This document shows, piece by piece, positions 16,836 through 26,546 of a stretch of DNA of 35,157 nucleotides (its first letter is position 1; each line of letters starts with the position of its first letter). Location of the stretch: the IMG/VR virus record IMGVR_UViG_3300017785_003454, positions 1 to 35,157 of that record; one strand, 5' to 3'. The notes beneath the pieces are model-generated. The model was not told the DNA's origin and did not search any database. It was given only the letters and a program-made list of their open reading frames with translations. The translations under genes were made by a program, and so were the position numbers. The stretch is from a virus. Lineage: Duplodnaviria > Caudoviricetes.

Positions 16836-16996
16836 TAGAGCGTCTCAAGCTGGTTCAGCGTCGCCTGAGTCTCGGCTAGTTCAGTGTCGATCTTGTCGAT
16901 TTGGGCAATGTCCCCAATCGCCACGGCCGAGTTGCGAAGTTGCGCGAGGTAGACAATGCGACGTTGAAGCATCGCTTTAAGTTCTGGGATATTCAT
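16835..16996 (-). CDS. 53-aa helical-hairpin/coiled-coil protein
   Basis: MNIPELKAMLQRRIVYLAQLRNSAVAIGDIAQIDKIDTELAETQATLNQLETL; tightly packed in operon. Not in ORF track. Confidence 0.72.
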   Translation of the reverse strand: MNIPELKAMLQRRIVYLAQLRNSAVAIGDIAQIDKIDTELAETQATLNQLETL

Positions 16997-16999
16997 GGG

Positions 17000-18436
17000 T
17001 TAAATCACCATTTCCCGCAGCAAAACGGTCGAGGTGTTGAGGAGGAAATAGATGTAGTCAATCTCCGTTGCGCCGTCCTTGTAGGTGACGTCAAACGCGG
17101 TGTCGCCAAGCACTGCCGCTCCTTGGGTGTAAGTGGTTGTTCCCCACGGTTGCATGGCTTGCTCGGCAAGATCGAAAGCAAACCATCGACCAGTAGCCTC
17201 TTTGGTGATGTAAATGCGGTTTTTGTTGTAGACGTACTTTGAACCGGCATTGAATGTTTCAACAGCGGGTGAATAAGGGATTGCCGCCCAAGTATTAAGC
17301 GCGATGTCGTAACGGTCGAGTAAGGCACCGCCAGCTCCACGGAAACTGTAGATAAACCTTCCGTTCAGGATCGAATTTTCGTTGTTCCAGTCAGATTCGG
17401 GGACGCTGTGAATCCATGATCCGCTTAGGGCAGCGCCAGGAGAGCCACTGCGAGCCACGCTAGGGCTTAGGGTCGTCCAAGTGTTGCCAGAAATGCTGTA
17501 GCGGTACATGGCGATTGCACCATTGCCGAGGAAGTAAATGTAATCGTCATTACCTTCGATGCTGTATTGGCTTGTGGCATCAGGGTTGATTGTCCAGTTG
17601 GCCGAAACAGTAAGCGCGTTACCAGAGTTGCTCGCCACGCTTCGGATCTGTCCCTGACCAGTGCCTGCCGTGATTCGGACCTGACTATTGGACCACTGAT
17701 TTATGGTCCAAGACTTAGCTGAGTTCGTCAACGTGTTTGAAGTCCCTGCCGTTGCCGTTCCGGTGGCAAACGACTTGAATTCGGAATTAAGCCACGACGG
17801 AGTAGAAACCAGTCGGCCATCGGTGCCGATGCTGGCGGGCAAGCCAGTAATTGACAGCGTCGTCCAAGTGTTGGTGGCGAAGTCGTATTTTCGGAATGAC
17901 CCTGCCGCCAAAGTGCCAGCGCCGAGAACGTAGAAAACCGGGGCTATGATGCGGTATTGGCTTGTTGCGTCGAAAGCTACGGCCTCGACTCCTGAGAACG
18001 TGATGACTGAATTTGCGCCAATGGTGTTGGAAGCAATCGTTTTGACCCGACCAGCGTTTGTGCCGCCCACGAAGTAGACGGTGTAACCACGCAAATCCCG
18101 CTGAAGGTTTTGGTTGGTGGTGATGCTTAACACTGTTCCAGCCGTGGCCGTCAAGCTGGACGCAGCCACCGTAGTTCCGGTAGAAAACGATCCAGCCACT
18201 CCGCAAGCTCCCGCGCCAAAAGTTCCGGCAAGGCCGGGAGACGGCAAAGCAATCCATCCGTCCTCCATCGGACTGTAAAGGTTGGCGGTTGTGTTGCCGA
18301 GAACGTGAAGTTGTTGCTGCCGGTAATGTCGGGATGACACCATGAACGTCGCAGCAGCGGTGGAGTTCGGCGAAGGAGTCAGAAACTCCCAGCGTTTGAG
18401 GTCGAGAATCTTTCGGTTTCCGTTGGTCGTAGGCAT
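17000..18436 (-). CDS. Kelch-like beta-propeller virion protein with two inserted beta-sandwich repeats
   Basis: Repeated RKYDFATNTWT, YRYSISGNTWT, DRYDIALNTW blades with IYFLGNG/IYSFRGAG; two TATAGT...DATSQYxI inserts. Confidence 0.72.
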   Translation of the reverse strand: MPTTNGNRKILDLKRWEFLTPSPNSTAAATFMVSSRHYRQQQLHVLGNTTANLYSPMEDGWIALPSPGLAGTFGAGACGVAGSFSTGTTVAASSLTATAGTVLSITTNQNLQRDLRGYTVYFVGGTNAGRVKTIASNTIGANSVITFSGVEAVAFDATSQYRIIAPVFYVLGAGTLAAGSFRKYDFATNTWTTLSITGLPASIGTDGRLVSTPSWLNSEFKSFATGTATAGTSNTLTNSAKSWTINQWSNSQVRITAGTGQGQIRSVASNSGNALTVSANWTINPDATSQYSIEGNDDYIYFLGNGAIAMYRYSISGNTWTTLSPSVARSGSPGAALSGSWIHSVPESDWNNENSILNGRFIYSFRGAGGALLDRYDIALNTWAAIPYSPAVETFNAGSKYVYNKNRIYITKEATGRWFAFDLAEQAMQPWGTTTYTQGAAVLGDTAFDVTYKDGATEIDYIYFLLNTSTVLLREMVI

Positions 18437-18448
18437 GCGAAAAGTTGG

Positions 18449-18880
18449 TCAGTTGACAATGATGTTGTTACGTGAAGCGTCTGCGCCGAGGCGCATGAGA
18501 GACGGGATTTGCTCGGTAGCCGCCAAGCCGCCGATCTGGGTTTGGTTGGTTACTGTTGCGACAGCGCCAACGTTTGTGACGGTCGACAGCGTGATACCGG
18601 ATGTGATTGCGTCCACAACGACACGAAGGCGCTGCGCTGTGTCCGGCATTGATTGCCCGAGGCCGCTTCGAGTCAGCGCCTGAATTGCCATCCTGAGCGC
18701 CTCAATAGCTTCGATGAGTTCTCCGTACGCAGCCACCGGCATCGGGTTTCCTTCCGATACATCGACGGCAACACCATCGGTTCCGACGCCAATTTTTACC
18801 CTCTGATGCAAAACTCCGCCGATTTCGTCAGCGGCTACCGTCGCACCTGTTCCCGGTGTGTATCCTACGTTGTCGGCCAT
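18449..18880 (-). CDS. Virion-associated hypothetical protein (fibre-module connector)
   Basis: MADNVGYTPGTGATVAADEIGGVLHQRVK...VSEGNPMPV; TVT repeats; sits between collagen and Kelch genes. Confidence 0.6.
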   Translation of the reverse strand: MADNVGYTPGTGATVAADEIGGVLHQRVKIGVGTDGVAVDVSEGNPMPVAAYGELIEAIEALRMAIQALTRSGLGQSMPDTAQRLRVVVDAITSGITLSTVTNVGAVATVTNQTQIGGLAATEQIPSLMRLGADASRNNIIVN

Positions 18881-18883
18881 AAA

Positions 18884-19591
18884 TTAGATGTATTGAAGGT
18901 AGATGTCTCCGTCAGATCCGCCACTTGGTGATGCTGTGCCACTGGTGATTGTAATTCCCCAAGTGCCGTCGTAATCGGTTGAAGACGCTTTAGTGTAAAG
19001 CTGTCCAGCAACGCCTCCAGTTATGACGCCAGGGCCAGCAGGACCAGTTGCGCCTGTTGGTCCGGTTGCACCCGTCGCGCCAGTTGCTCCCGTTGCTCCG
19101 GTCGGACCTTGAATTCCTTGAATACCTTGCGGACCTTGAGGCCCAACATCTCCTTGAATACCTTGCGGACCTTGCGGACCTGTTGGTCCAGTAAGTCCTA
19201 TTGGCCCTTGTGGTCCAGTTGCTCCTGTGGCTCCAGTAGCACCAACATTTCCTTGAGGACCTTGTGGTCCAGTTGCTCCGGTTGCGCCAGTCGGACCAGT
19301 GTCACCTATTGGTCCTTGAGGACCCGTCGCGCCTACGTTGCCTTGGATTCCTTGCGGACCTTGCGGACCTGTATTTCCCTGAGGACCAGTCGCGCCTGTT
19401 GCGCCTGTTGCGCCAGTCGGATCAATAGGACCTTGAGGGCCAACTGGACCTTGTGGACCTGCCGGACCTTGTGGGCCGATATTGCTGTTAACGATGTTTA
19501 CGACGTTAAGCGTGTAATCCAGTTCGTTCTCAGAAATCGTTGATACGACTCCAGCTCCGTCAAATTGGATGGAGATGTCGTAGCTACTCAT
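18884..19591 (-). CDS. Collagen-like fibre protein
   Basis: 50 consecutive triplets (GPQ/GAT/GPT/GIQ), one with Gly>Asp; C-term [18 protein letters not shown] and [17 protein letters not shown] fibre motifs. Confidence 0.9.
   Translation of the reverse strand: MSSYDISIQFDGAGVVSTISENELDYTLNVVNIVNSNIGPQGPAGPQGPVGPQGPIDPTGATGATGATGPQGNTGPQGPQGIQGNVGATGPQGPIGDTGPTGATGATGPQGPQGNVGATGATGATGPQGPIGLTGPTGPQGPQGIQGDVGPQGPQGIQGIQGPTGATGATGATGATGPTGATGPAGPGVITGGVAGQLYTKASSTDYDGTWGITITSGTASPSGGSDGDIYLQYI
19028..19477 (-). repeat. Gly-X-Y collagen repeat tract (9-bp periodicity)
   Basis: 450 nt = 50 triplets; 21 are Gly-X-Thr. Confidence 0.9.
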
Positions 19592-20010
19592 GGAATGACT
19601 GTGATTCCGTCACAGACGATGAGTTTGTAGGTTCCGGTGGTTTTCGGGCCAAACGTCGGCACAACCGCGAACGAAAAATCAACGTAGTAAGTTCCAGCAG
19701 GCCAAATTGCAGTCGATGCACCAGATGCCACAAAGTTGATTGTCGCATTGCCACTGCCATCAACGGTTCCAGCAACCGTTCCAAAATTGTAGAGGAGAAC
19801 GCCTGACGCGTCCCTGATCTGAGAGTAGCCAACAATTCCCGCCCACGAAATCGGAGGATTCGCCGGAACAAAGAGCGAAACAGAAAACTGCTCCCCAATT
19901 TTGATGGTCATTACGCCAATAATGGCACAATCATCACCTGAAGGCTGGCATTCGGTAGTCGTCACACATGGTGACGAGCAGGATGAACCGAAGTATGGTT
20001 GCGAAGGCAT
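19588..20010 (-). CDS. Ig-like (BppU-type) fibre-anchoring protein with Cys-rich N-terminus
   Basis: TIKIGEQF...SQIRD...[12 protein letters not shown]...T.T..LIV..GIT pattern; ATGA overlap with collagen gene. Start could be the internal Met at MTIKIG. Confidence 0.55.
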   Translation of the reverse strand: MPSQPYFGSSCSSPCVTTTECQPSGDDCAIIGVMTIKIGEQFSVSLFVPANPPISWAGIVGYSQIRDASGVLLYNFGTVAGTVDGSGNATINFVASGASTAIWPAGTYYVDFSFAVVPTFGPKTTGTYKLIVCDGITVIP

Positions 20011-20057
20011 AACCTTCCTAAAACTCTGAATCCACGAATCTTTAACGCAAGGTCAAA

Positions 20058-21734
20058 ATGGCAGATCAAACCACTGAGCATCCACTAATTCAGCACAAGT
20101 ACGGAATTCGTTCACCCGTCAAGATACCCGATCTTGAGCTTGAGCTTTACGCATTTCGAAACCGGCTCCAGCCCAATGAGGGCGGACTGGGTACTTTCGA
20201 CCATTTTGTTAACGCCACCAAAATGCTCTGGCCAAAGATGAGCTGGAATCCGTGGCTTGAAGCTCAAGTCGAAAGTCTCTGCGAACACGACTACGTTGGA
20301 TGGGCGGGATGCGGCGCGTCCGGCAAGACCTTTGGGGCAACACTTTTCGCTACCGTCTGGTGGTTGGCCAACCCTTCCAAGTCCACCGTTGTCCTGACCT
20401 CGACGACCGCGAAGATGATCCGCAAGCGTATGTGGGCCAATCTTCAGGATCTGGTCCGTAAGTCTCGCGGGTTCCCAGGCAACATGGTCGATTCGAAGAT
20501 GGCTTTACAGGCTGTCAAAGGTGACGACCGCCATTCCATTTCCGCTATCGCCGTCGCCGAAGGTAACACCTCGAAGGCTGTGGCCAACATCCAAGGTATT
20601 CACGCCGAGCGGGTGATGGTCATCATCGACGAAGCAACGGACACCCCCGAGGCAGCGTTTGAGGCTTGCACAAACCTTTCCAAGGGTTGCCGCGAGTTCA
20701 AGATGCTGGTCATCGGAAACCCTGCTTCGAAGTACGATCCGCACGGACGCTTCTGCACACCGGCAAAGGGGTGGCGCAGCGTCACGATTGAGGATCAGCA
20801 TTGGCTGACCGAACGCGGGATGTGCCGACGGTTCGACGGCATGAAATCGCCCAATATCAGCGAAGGGCGAACAAAGTATCCATACCTCATAACGCATGAT
20901 CAGGTGTTATCCGCTATGCGACATGAGGGCGAGCAAAGCCCTACATTCTGGAAATACACTCGCGGATTCTGGGCGCCGGACGGCATGGTCAAGACGGTGT
21001 TGTCTGAATCACTGATTGAGACGCACACACCTACAAGAAACTTGGTGTTTACGACCAATGTCCAAATTGTTGCCGGACTTGATCCGGGATTTGGTGGCGA
21101 CAGGTGTATCCTTCGCTTTGCCAAAGTTGGCACCGCAAACGACAAGCTCAGCATACTTTTTCAGGACATCATCCACATATCCGTCAACGCTCAGCTAACG
21201 GAGCCGGTGCATTACCAAATAGCCAATCGAGTTAAAGAGGAATGCGCTAAGCGCGGCGTTGCACCGGACAAATTCGCTCTGGATTCAAGCGGTGAAGGTG
21301 GTGGATTGGCCGACATTCTGACTCGCGAATGGGGCGTGGTTCATCGCGTTGAGTTTGGTGGTTCTCCGTCAACCATCCCGGTCAGCGACGAGGACAGTAG
21401 GCCATGCAATGAAGCATACGACCGCAAGGTGACAGAACTCTGGTTCTCGATGCGAAAATGGGTCGTCGAGGAGCGTGTTGGCGGCATGGACATCGAGACG
21501 TTGCAGGAGTTCTGCGGTCGAATGTTCGACGATTCCAAGCGAAAGATAAGCGTCGAATCCAAAACGGTGATGAAGCAACGAACCGGAAAATCGCCCGACT
21601 TGGCCGACGCTGCTGTAGTCTTGCTTGATCTAGTCCGCAAAACCGCCGCATTTGAACCGCGAGCAAGCAGAATGGATAAGGTCTGGGAAAAACTCGTTCG
21701 AGATGCTGATTCAATTTATTACCACGACTTATGA
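20058..21734 (+). CDS. terL: Terminase large subunit
   Basis: GCGASGKT Walker A, VIIDEA Walker B, IGNP motif, GLDPGFGGD nuclease motif, KSPDLADA C-terminal motif. Confidence 0.92.
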   Translation: MADQTTEHPLIQHKYGIRSPVKIPDLELELYAFRNRLQPNEGGLGTFDHFVNATKMLWPKMSWNPWLEAQVESLCEHDYVGWAGCGASGKTFGATLFATVWWLANPSKSTVVLTSTTAKMIRKRMWANLQDLVRKSRGFPGNMVDSKMALQAVKGDDRHSISAIAVAEGNTSKAVANIQGIHAERVMVIIDEATDTPEAAFEACTNLSKGCREFKMLVIGNPASKYDPHGRFCTPAKGWRSVTIEDQHWLTERGMCRRFDGMKSPNISEGRTKYPYLITHDQVLSAMRHEGEQSPTFWKYTRGFWAPDGMVKTVLSESLIETHTPTRNLVFTTNVQIVAGLDPGFGGDRCILRFAKVGTANDKLSILFQDIIHISVNAQLTEPVHYQIANRVKEECAKRGVAPDKFALDSSGEGGGLADILTREWGVVHRVEFGGSPSTIPVSDEDSRPCNEAYDRKVTELWFSMRKWVVEERVGGMDIETLQEFCGRMFDDSKRKISVESKTVMKQRTGKSPDLADAAVVLLDLVRKTAAFEPRASRMDKVWEKLVRDADSIYYHDL

Positions 21735-22363
21735 ACAGCAACCTTACCGGATACAAAGTGTTGAACGAACACATGGTCATACCTGGCGGGTGGCATTATC
21801 GTGTTCCCGAAACCGGCATTGAAATCATGGCAGGATCTTGGCCGCAGCTTCATGGTTTCGTTCGTAACCATTACACCGCCAACGCGATTAAAATTCCCGA
21901 AAATCTCGACACGTTAATCACCGAGTATGCGTGTCGTAACGGTGCTGACTGTATGTACAACGAGGTTGAAATCCGTAAGCCAGAAGGACGTAAATCTCTG
22001 CAAATTGGCGATGTAATCCGCTTTAGTATGAGCCTCTTGCACGGTCTGACCGTTGGTGGAGGCAAGGTAAGCCAAGCGGAAGCGACTCGAAGAGCGTCAA
22101 TCTGCTCGACATGTATCTACAACCGTAAGCCGCTCGGATGCACGGGATGCAACGCTCGGGTGCTGAAAGAAGCGGTCAAAACCTTTTCCCAGCATGGCAG
22201 CACACCCCTAGACGAAAGCCTTCAAAGCTGCGAATTTTGCGGTTGCTTTATCAGAAGCATGGTGTGGTTTCCCATTGAAACGCTCCATAAATTTACGGAC
22301 GCTACAGAGAACAAAAACCTTCCGGCCCACTGCTGGAAAAAACGACCATGTACGGAAACCTAG
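21731..22363 (+). CDS. Cys-rich metal-binding hypothetical protein
   Basis: RRASICSTC, GCTGC, CEFCGC, PAHCW; coupled between terminase and portal. Confidence 0.7.
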   Translation: MNSNLTGYKVLNEHMVIPGGWHYRVPETGIEIMAGSWPQLHGFVRNHYTANAIKIPENLDTLITEYACRNGADCMYNEVEIRKPEGRKSLQIGDVIRFSMSLLHGLTVGGGKVSQAEATRRASICSTCIYNRKPLGCTGCNARVLKEAVKTFSQHGSTPLDESLQSCEFCGCFIRSMVWFPIETLHKFTDATENKNLPAHCWKKRPCTET

Positions 22364-24597
22364 CCCAACTGCCGCTTGAAACCCTCAACGAAGACGGTAA
22401 AGCGCCAGAAACGCGCATAGCCGACGCGGCATCAGCGCGTGAAATCTTCCAGAAGCTCATTATGGCCGACGAGCTTCGTAATAGCACTCGGGCTAAACTG
22501 CGCGGTCTAGTCGATGGCAATCCGCCATACAATCCGGCAGAGCTTCGACGTAACAACCAAGCGTTCCGAACCAATGTCAACTTCCGCGAGTCGGAAGCAT
22601 TTCTTTCGTTGGCGATGGGAGCCTTCTACGATGTGTTTGCTGAGGTTCCGACTTACGCAAACATTCGCACCGCTTACGGCAATGACATGGATAAGCGGGA
22701 GGATTGGTCGAAGATCATCACCGAGGAGTTCGACCGGCTTCAGAAGCTCGACAAAGATTTCGATTACATCGTTCAGCTCTCTCAGCGCGAGATGGTTTTG
22801 ATTGGTGATGGTCCGCTGATCTTTGAAGACAGCACCAACTGGCGCTGCAAAGCCATCATGGCGACGGATCTTCTTGTTCCCGATGGAACCAAGTCGAATG
22901 TCAGTGATTGGAAGGTGGCCTGCGTCCGCACTCGCATGGGTGTTGATGACCTGTTCGAGAAGATTCAGGACGAGAAAGCAGCGGTAGCCGCTGGGTGGAA
23001 TGTCGATTATGTCCGTCAGCGGATTCGCGCTGCAATGCCCGAGCCATACCGCTCCGGTGTTCAGTACGACTGGGAGTTTTTCCAGCGTCAGCTTCGCTCG
23101 AACGACATCACTTTCTCAGCTCGTTCCGAGGTGGTACTGATGTGTCATGTTTTCTACAAGGAATTTGATGGTCAGATCAGCCACTGCATCATTGATGAGC
23201 GTGACAGCGAGAACTTCATGTATCGGAAGTTGCGCCGCTTCAAGAAGTGGGAGCAGGTGATTCATCCGATGTACTACGATCGTGGCGATGGCGAGCATCA
23301 CGGCGTCAAAGGCTTGGGCATCAAGATGCTCCAGGCGATGGAGCTGAAGAATCGCCTGCGCTGCTCAATGGTCGATAGCGCGTTCGCCCGGACGCAGATT
23401 CTTTTCCGCCCCCTCAACCCCAATGCGCTCAGCAAGACGAGTGTCGTTCAGCAAGGACCGTATGCTATTCTCCCGCCCGACTATGAAGTCATTCAACAAA
23501 ACATTGCTGGCGTTCTGGATGCTCCTATGGCGGTCAACGCGGACCTTGAGAATGTTCTTCAAGGCAATCTCTCTCAGTATCGCCAATCGCTCAGCAAGCC
23601 GCAGGGCAACCCGCGCACGGCCTATGAAGTCCAAGCCATCGTGGCACAGCAGTCAGCAATCGGTAAGACGCAGTTGAGCCGGTATTACGCGCAGCTCGAT
23701 TCTTTCTTTGAGGAGCGGTATCGCCGCGCCTCCAATCCGAATCTGAATCCGATTACCCGCTCGGATAAGGACGCCATTGAATTCCAACGTCGTTGCCGTG
23801 AACGCGGTGTTCCGCAGCAGGCCATGCTCGACATCGATTACGTTGAGGCGACTCGCACCGTTGGCCAAGGTTCTCAGTTTGCGAAACAACAGCTTCTTGG
23901 CTCGCTCCTCGGACTTCTTGGATCGTTGCCTGAGGGTGGCAAAGTTAACCTCTTGCAGGACTACATCGCCGCTCAGGTTGGTCAGCAAATGGTTGATCGT
24001 TATCTGCCGAGTCAGTTGCAGACTTCGAAGATTCAAGATCAGACCGCTCTGGCCGTCCTTGAGCATTCATCGCTGCGCCAGGGCAACATGGCGGTCGTCA
24101 CCGATACGCAGAATCACATCGTCCACATCGACACGCATCTTGCGGCTGCGAACGAGGCTGCTTCGTCGCTTCAGCAGGGTGGTAATCCGCAGGAGATTGT
24201 TCTCTTCCTTCAGGGCATCGGTCAACACGTTCAGGATCATCTCCAGCGTTTGTCCACCGATCCTACGCGCAGACCGCAGGTCGAGGCTTACACGCAGCAG
24301 TTGCAGATGCTTAGTCAGACCATCGAACAACTTGGTCAGTTGATTCAGGAGCAGGCTCAAGCGATGGCGCAGCAGCAGCAGGCAATGGCGATTCAGCAGG
24401 GTGTCGATCCGAAGACCGCCGTGATGAACGCGGAAGTTCAATCGAAAATCGCTCGCCAGAATGCCGAGACTATGGCAAACATTGAGCGTCAGAACACGAA
24501 GGCGATGGCCGACTTGGCTCGCCGGAATGCGAAGACGACGGCGGACATTCAACGAGCGAACGCAACTGCTGAGTCTAACTTGGCGCGACAGGGATGA
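22348..24597 (+). CDS. Portal protein
   Basis: 749 aa downstream of terminase; RTAYEV motif; long Gln/Ala-rich C-terminal coiled coil (P22-like barrel). Confidence 0.82.
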   Translation: MYGNLAQLPLETLNEDGKAPETRIADAASAREIFQKLIMADELRNSTRAKLRGLVDGNPPYNPAELRRNNQAFRTNVNFRESEAFLSLAMGAFYDVFAEVPTYANIRTAYGNDMDKREDWSKIITEEFDRLQKLDKDFDYIVQLSQREMVLIGDGPLIFEDSTNWRCKAIMATDLLVPDGTKSNVSDWKVACVRTRMGVDDLFEKIQDEKAAVAAGWNVDYVRQRIRAAMPEPYRSGVQYDWEFFQRQLRSNDITFSARSEVVLMCHVFYKEFDGQISHCIIDERDSENFMYRKLRRFKKWEQVIHPMYYDRGDGEHHGVKGLGIKMLQAMELKNRLRCSMVDSAFARTQILFRPLNPNALSKTSVVQQGPYAILPPDYEVIQQNIAGVLDAPMAVNADLENVLQGNLSQYRQSLSKPQGNPRTAYEVQAIVAQQSAIGKTQLSRYYAQLDSFFEERYRRASNPNLNPITRSDKDAIEFQRRCRERGVPQQAMLDIDYVEATRTVGQGSQFAKQQLLGSLLGLLGSLPEGGKVNLLQDYIAAQVGQQMVDRYLPSQLQTSKIQDQTALAVLEHSSLRQGNMAVVTDTQNHIVHIDTHLAAANEAASSLQQGGNPQEIVLFLQGIGQHVQDHLQRLSTDPTRRPQVEAYTQQLQMLSQTIEQLGQLIQEQAQAMAQQQQAMAIQQGVDPKTAVMNAEVQSKIARQNAETMANIERQNTKAMADLARRNAKTTADIQRANATAESNLARQG

Positions 24598-25322
24598 AAA
24601 ACATACACTTCGTACACGGTCTTGGTGACGACGGCTTCCATATTTGCGACAGGCTTGCAATAGCTTCTGCCGCAATCAACAACCCGGACTGGACGGTGCA
24701 TCTTTGGTGTCCTGAAGAGCCAAAAGGTGAACACTGGGAAAAGCTGATCCAAAAAGTCCGCGTCAAGGTGATGCTGATCGACAATCCGTTGGTTTGGAAT
24801 GATAGGGTTGTTGGGCATTACGCCAATCGGACTGATTTGATCAGGTTGAGCGTCTTGTACGCAATGGGTGGTGTTTACTGCGACACTGACACGTTGACGA
24901 TTGCTCCGTTTCCCGAGAAGTGGTTCGACCATCAAGCTGTAATTGGCCACGAATTCTGCGAATCAGGAACCATTGGACTCTGCAACGCGATTATCTTTGC
25001 CAAGCCTTTCAGCAGGTTTATCTGGAAATGGCTGCAAAAAGCTCAAGATTACGATGGTTATTCTTGGAACACCCTAGCAGTTGAGTGGCCACATCAAATC
25101 TGGAAAGAAGACAACACCATTTGTCATCCTGTCGATTTTGAAATGCTAGGTTTCATTCACTGCGGAAGTGGTCGATACTGGGATGGAATCCATTCACTTG
25201 AAGGATGCGTGACTGCCCATTTGTGGCGCACTTATCACAAGAAAAAAATGAACAGTCTGACTGATGAAGAGATTTTGAAAAGAGAGTTTACCTATTCGCA
25301 CTATGCATACAAGTACCTATGA
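24594..25322 (+). CDS. Glycosyltransferase family 32 (DXD, OCH1-like)
   Basis: KNIHFV, SA..NNPDW, RTDLIRLSVLYAMGGVYCDTD, LCNAIIFA, HLW. Confidence 0.88.
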   Translation: MKNIHFVHGLGDDGFHICDRLAIASAAINNPDWTVHLWCPEEPKGEHWEKLIQKVRVKVMLIDNPLVWNDRVVGHYANRTDLIRLSVLYAMGGVYCDTDTLTIAPFPEKWFDHQAVIGHEFCESGTIGLCNAIIFAKPFSRFIWKWLQKAQDYDGYSWNTLAVEWPHQIWKEDNTICHPVDFEMLGFIHCGSGRYWDGIHSLEGCVTAHLWRTYHKKKMNSLTDEEILKREFTYSHYAYKYL

Positions 25323-25954
25323 AATTTCCAACTACGTTTTGCGTTTCGCTTAAAGCTGCCACTGAAAGGCGCGAAAATGTTTCCAAGCACCTTCAGGAAC
25401 ACGGCATAGAATTCCATCTGTTCGACGCGATTCACGCTTCAAAGATGGGATTGGAAACCAAACTGGCGTACCTCGACGACAAGCCAAATTGGCAACCTGA
25501 AGACGGCCCTCCGTACAAGATTTCCCAGCCTGTCTTGGGATGCTCGCTTTCCCATTACGTCATCTGGCGCATTGCCCAGTACCTTCCAGACGATTTCTTT
25601 CTGATCGTTGAGGATGATGTTCATCTTTGCGAAGGCTTCAAAGAGAAGCTTATGAACACCATAAACCGGCTTCCGAAAGACTGGCAGTTTGTTTTTGTTG
25701 GCCACTGCTGTCTTGGCAATGACCACACTATGGTTTCAGAAGGTATAGCGAACTCAATTAGAGCGCCTCTTTGCACTCACGCTTACCTCGTGAAGAAGTC
25801 TATGCTTGGGCATCTGATCGAAACAAATGAGCGGATGTACGCCCCGATAGACATCCAGCTTCAGAAGAAGACTCTGCCAAGCATGATTCATTACTGCTTG
25901 ATTCCCCCTCTAGCCACTCAAAACGGACAACCAAGCACATTCTCTTATGCCTGA
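25319..25954 (+). CDS. Glycosyltransferase family 25
   Basis: CVSL....ERRE, FDAI, LGCSLSH, LIVEDDV, THAYLV, PID. Confidence 0.9.
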   Translation: MKFPTTFCVSLKAATERRENVSKHLQEHGIEFHLFDAIHASKMGLETKLAYLDDKPNWQPEDGPPYKISQPVLGCSLSHYVIWRIAQYLPDDFFLIVEDDVHLCEGFKEKLMNTINRLPKDWQFVFVGHCCLGNDHTMVSEGIANSIRAPLCTHAYLVKKSMLGHLIETNERMYAPIDIQLQKKTLPSMIHYCLIPPLATQNGQPSTFSYA

Positions 25955-26546
25955 CGCCTGGGAAAAAGTAATCGAAGCTCGCTCTAAACTCAACGGCTGG
26001 ACCTTCGAGGAGAAGAGCAGGTACATGTACGACCTTGTCCTTGAGACGAGGCCGGAAACCGTGGTCGAAGTTGGTGTTTGGCAGGGTCTTAGTCTTGCCA
26101 GCTTTTGCGCGGCATCACTTGTTCATCAATGCAAAGTGTTTGCAATTGATCCTTGGAGCGAATCCGCGATGTCCGAAAATGGATACAGCGCAAACTTGAC
26201 CGAGAAGCAATGGGAGCTTGATTCAATCTACAACAATTTTCTCAGGAACTTCAGGAATCTTGAGCTTGATCAAAACCTGCGTGTTTACAGGGATACTTCG
26301 TGGGACGGTTCGTTCAAGTTCAGCGACAACTCAATCGACATACTGCATCTTGATGGCGCTCACACTGAATGGGACTCATGCCGCGATGTGATTGCTTGGA
26401 CTCCGCGTATCAAGACTGGCGGATACTTCATAATGGACGACGCGAACTGGGAAACCATGAAGCTAGTTCAAGAGCTGATAAAATTTAAGTTTGACCATGT
26501 AACGTATCTGGAAAACGGGAAGACCCGTGTGTACAAAAAAAGATGA
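25947..26546 (+). CDS. Class I SAM-dependent methyltransferase (Methyltransf_24-like, probable sugar O-methyltransferase)
   Basis: VVEVGVWQGLS, AIDPW, IDILHLDGAH, GGYFIMDD. Confidence 0.85.
   Translation: MPDAWEKVIEARSKLNGWTFEEKSRYMYDLVLETRPETVVEVGVWQGLSLASFCAASLVHQCKVFAIDPWSESAMSENGYSANLTEKQWELDSIYNNFLRNFRNLELDQNLRVYRDTSWDGSFKFSDNSIDILHLDGAHTEWDSCRDVIAWTPRIKTGGYFIMDDANWETMKLVQELIKFKFDHVTYLENGKTRVYKKR

Noticed and set aside
19109-19543. Repetitive plus-strand ORF (RTLRT repeats)
   Set aside because: Antisense reading of the collagen repeat.
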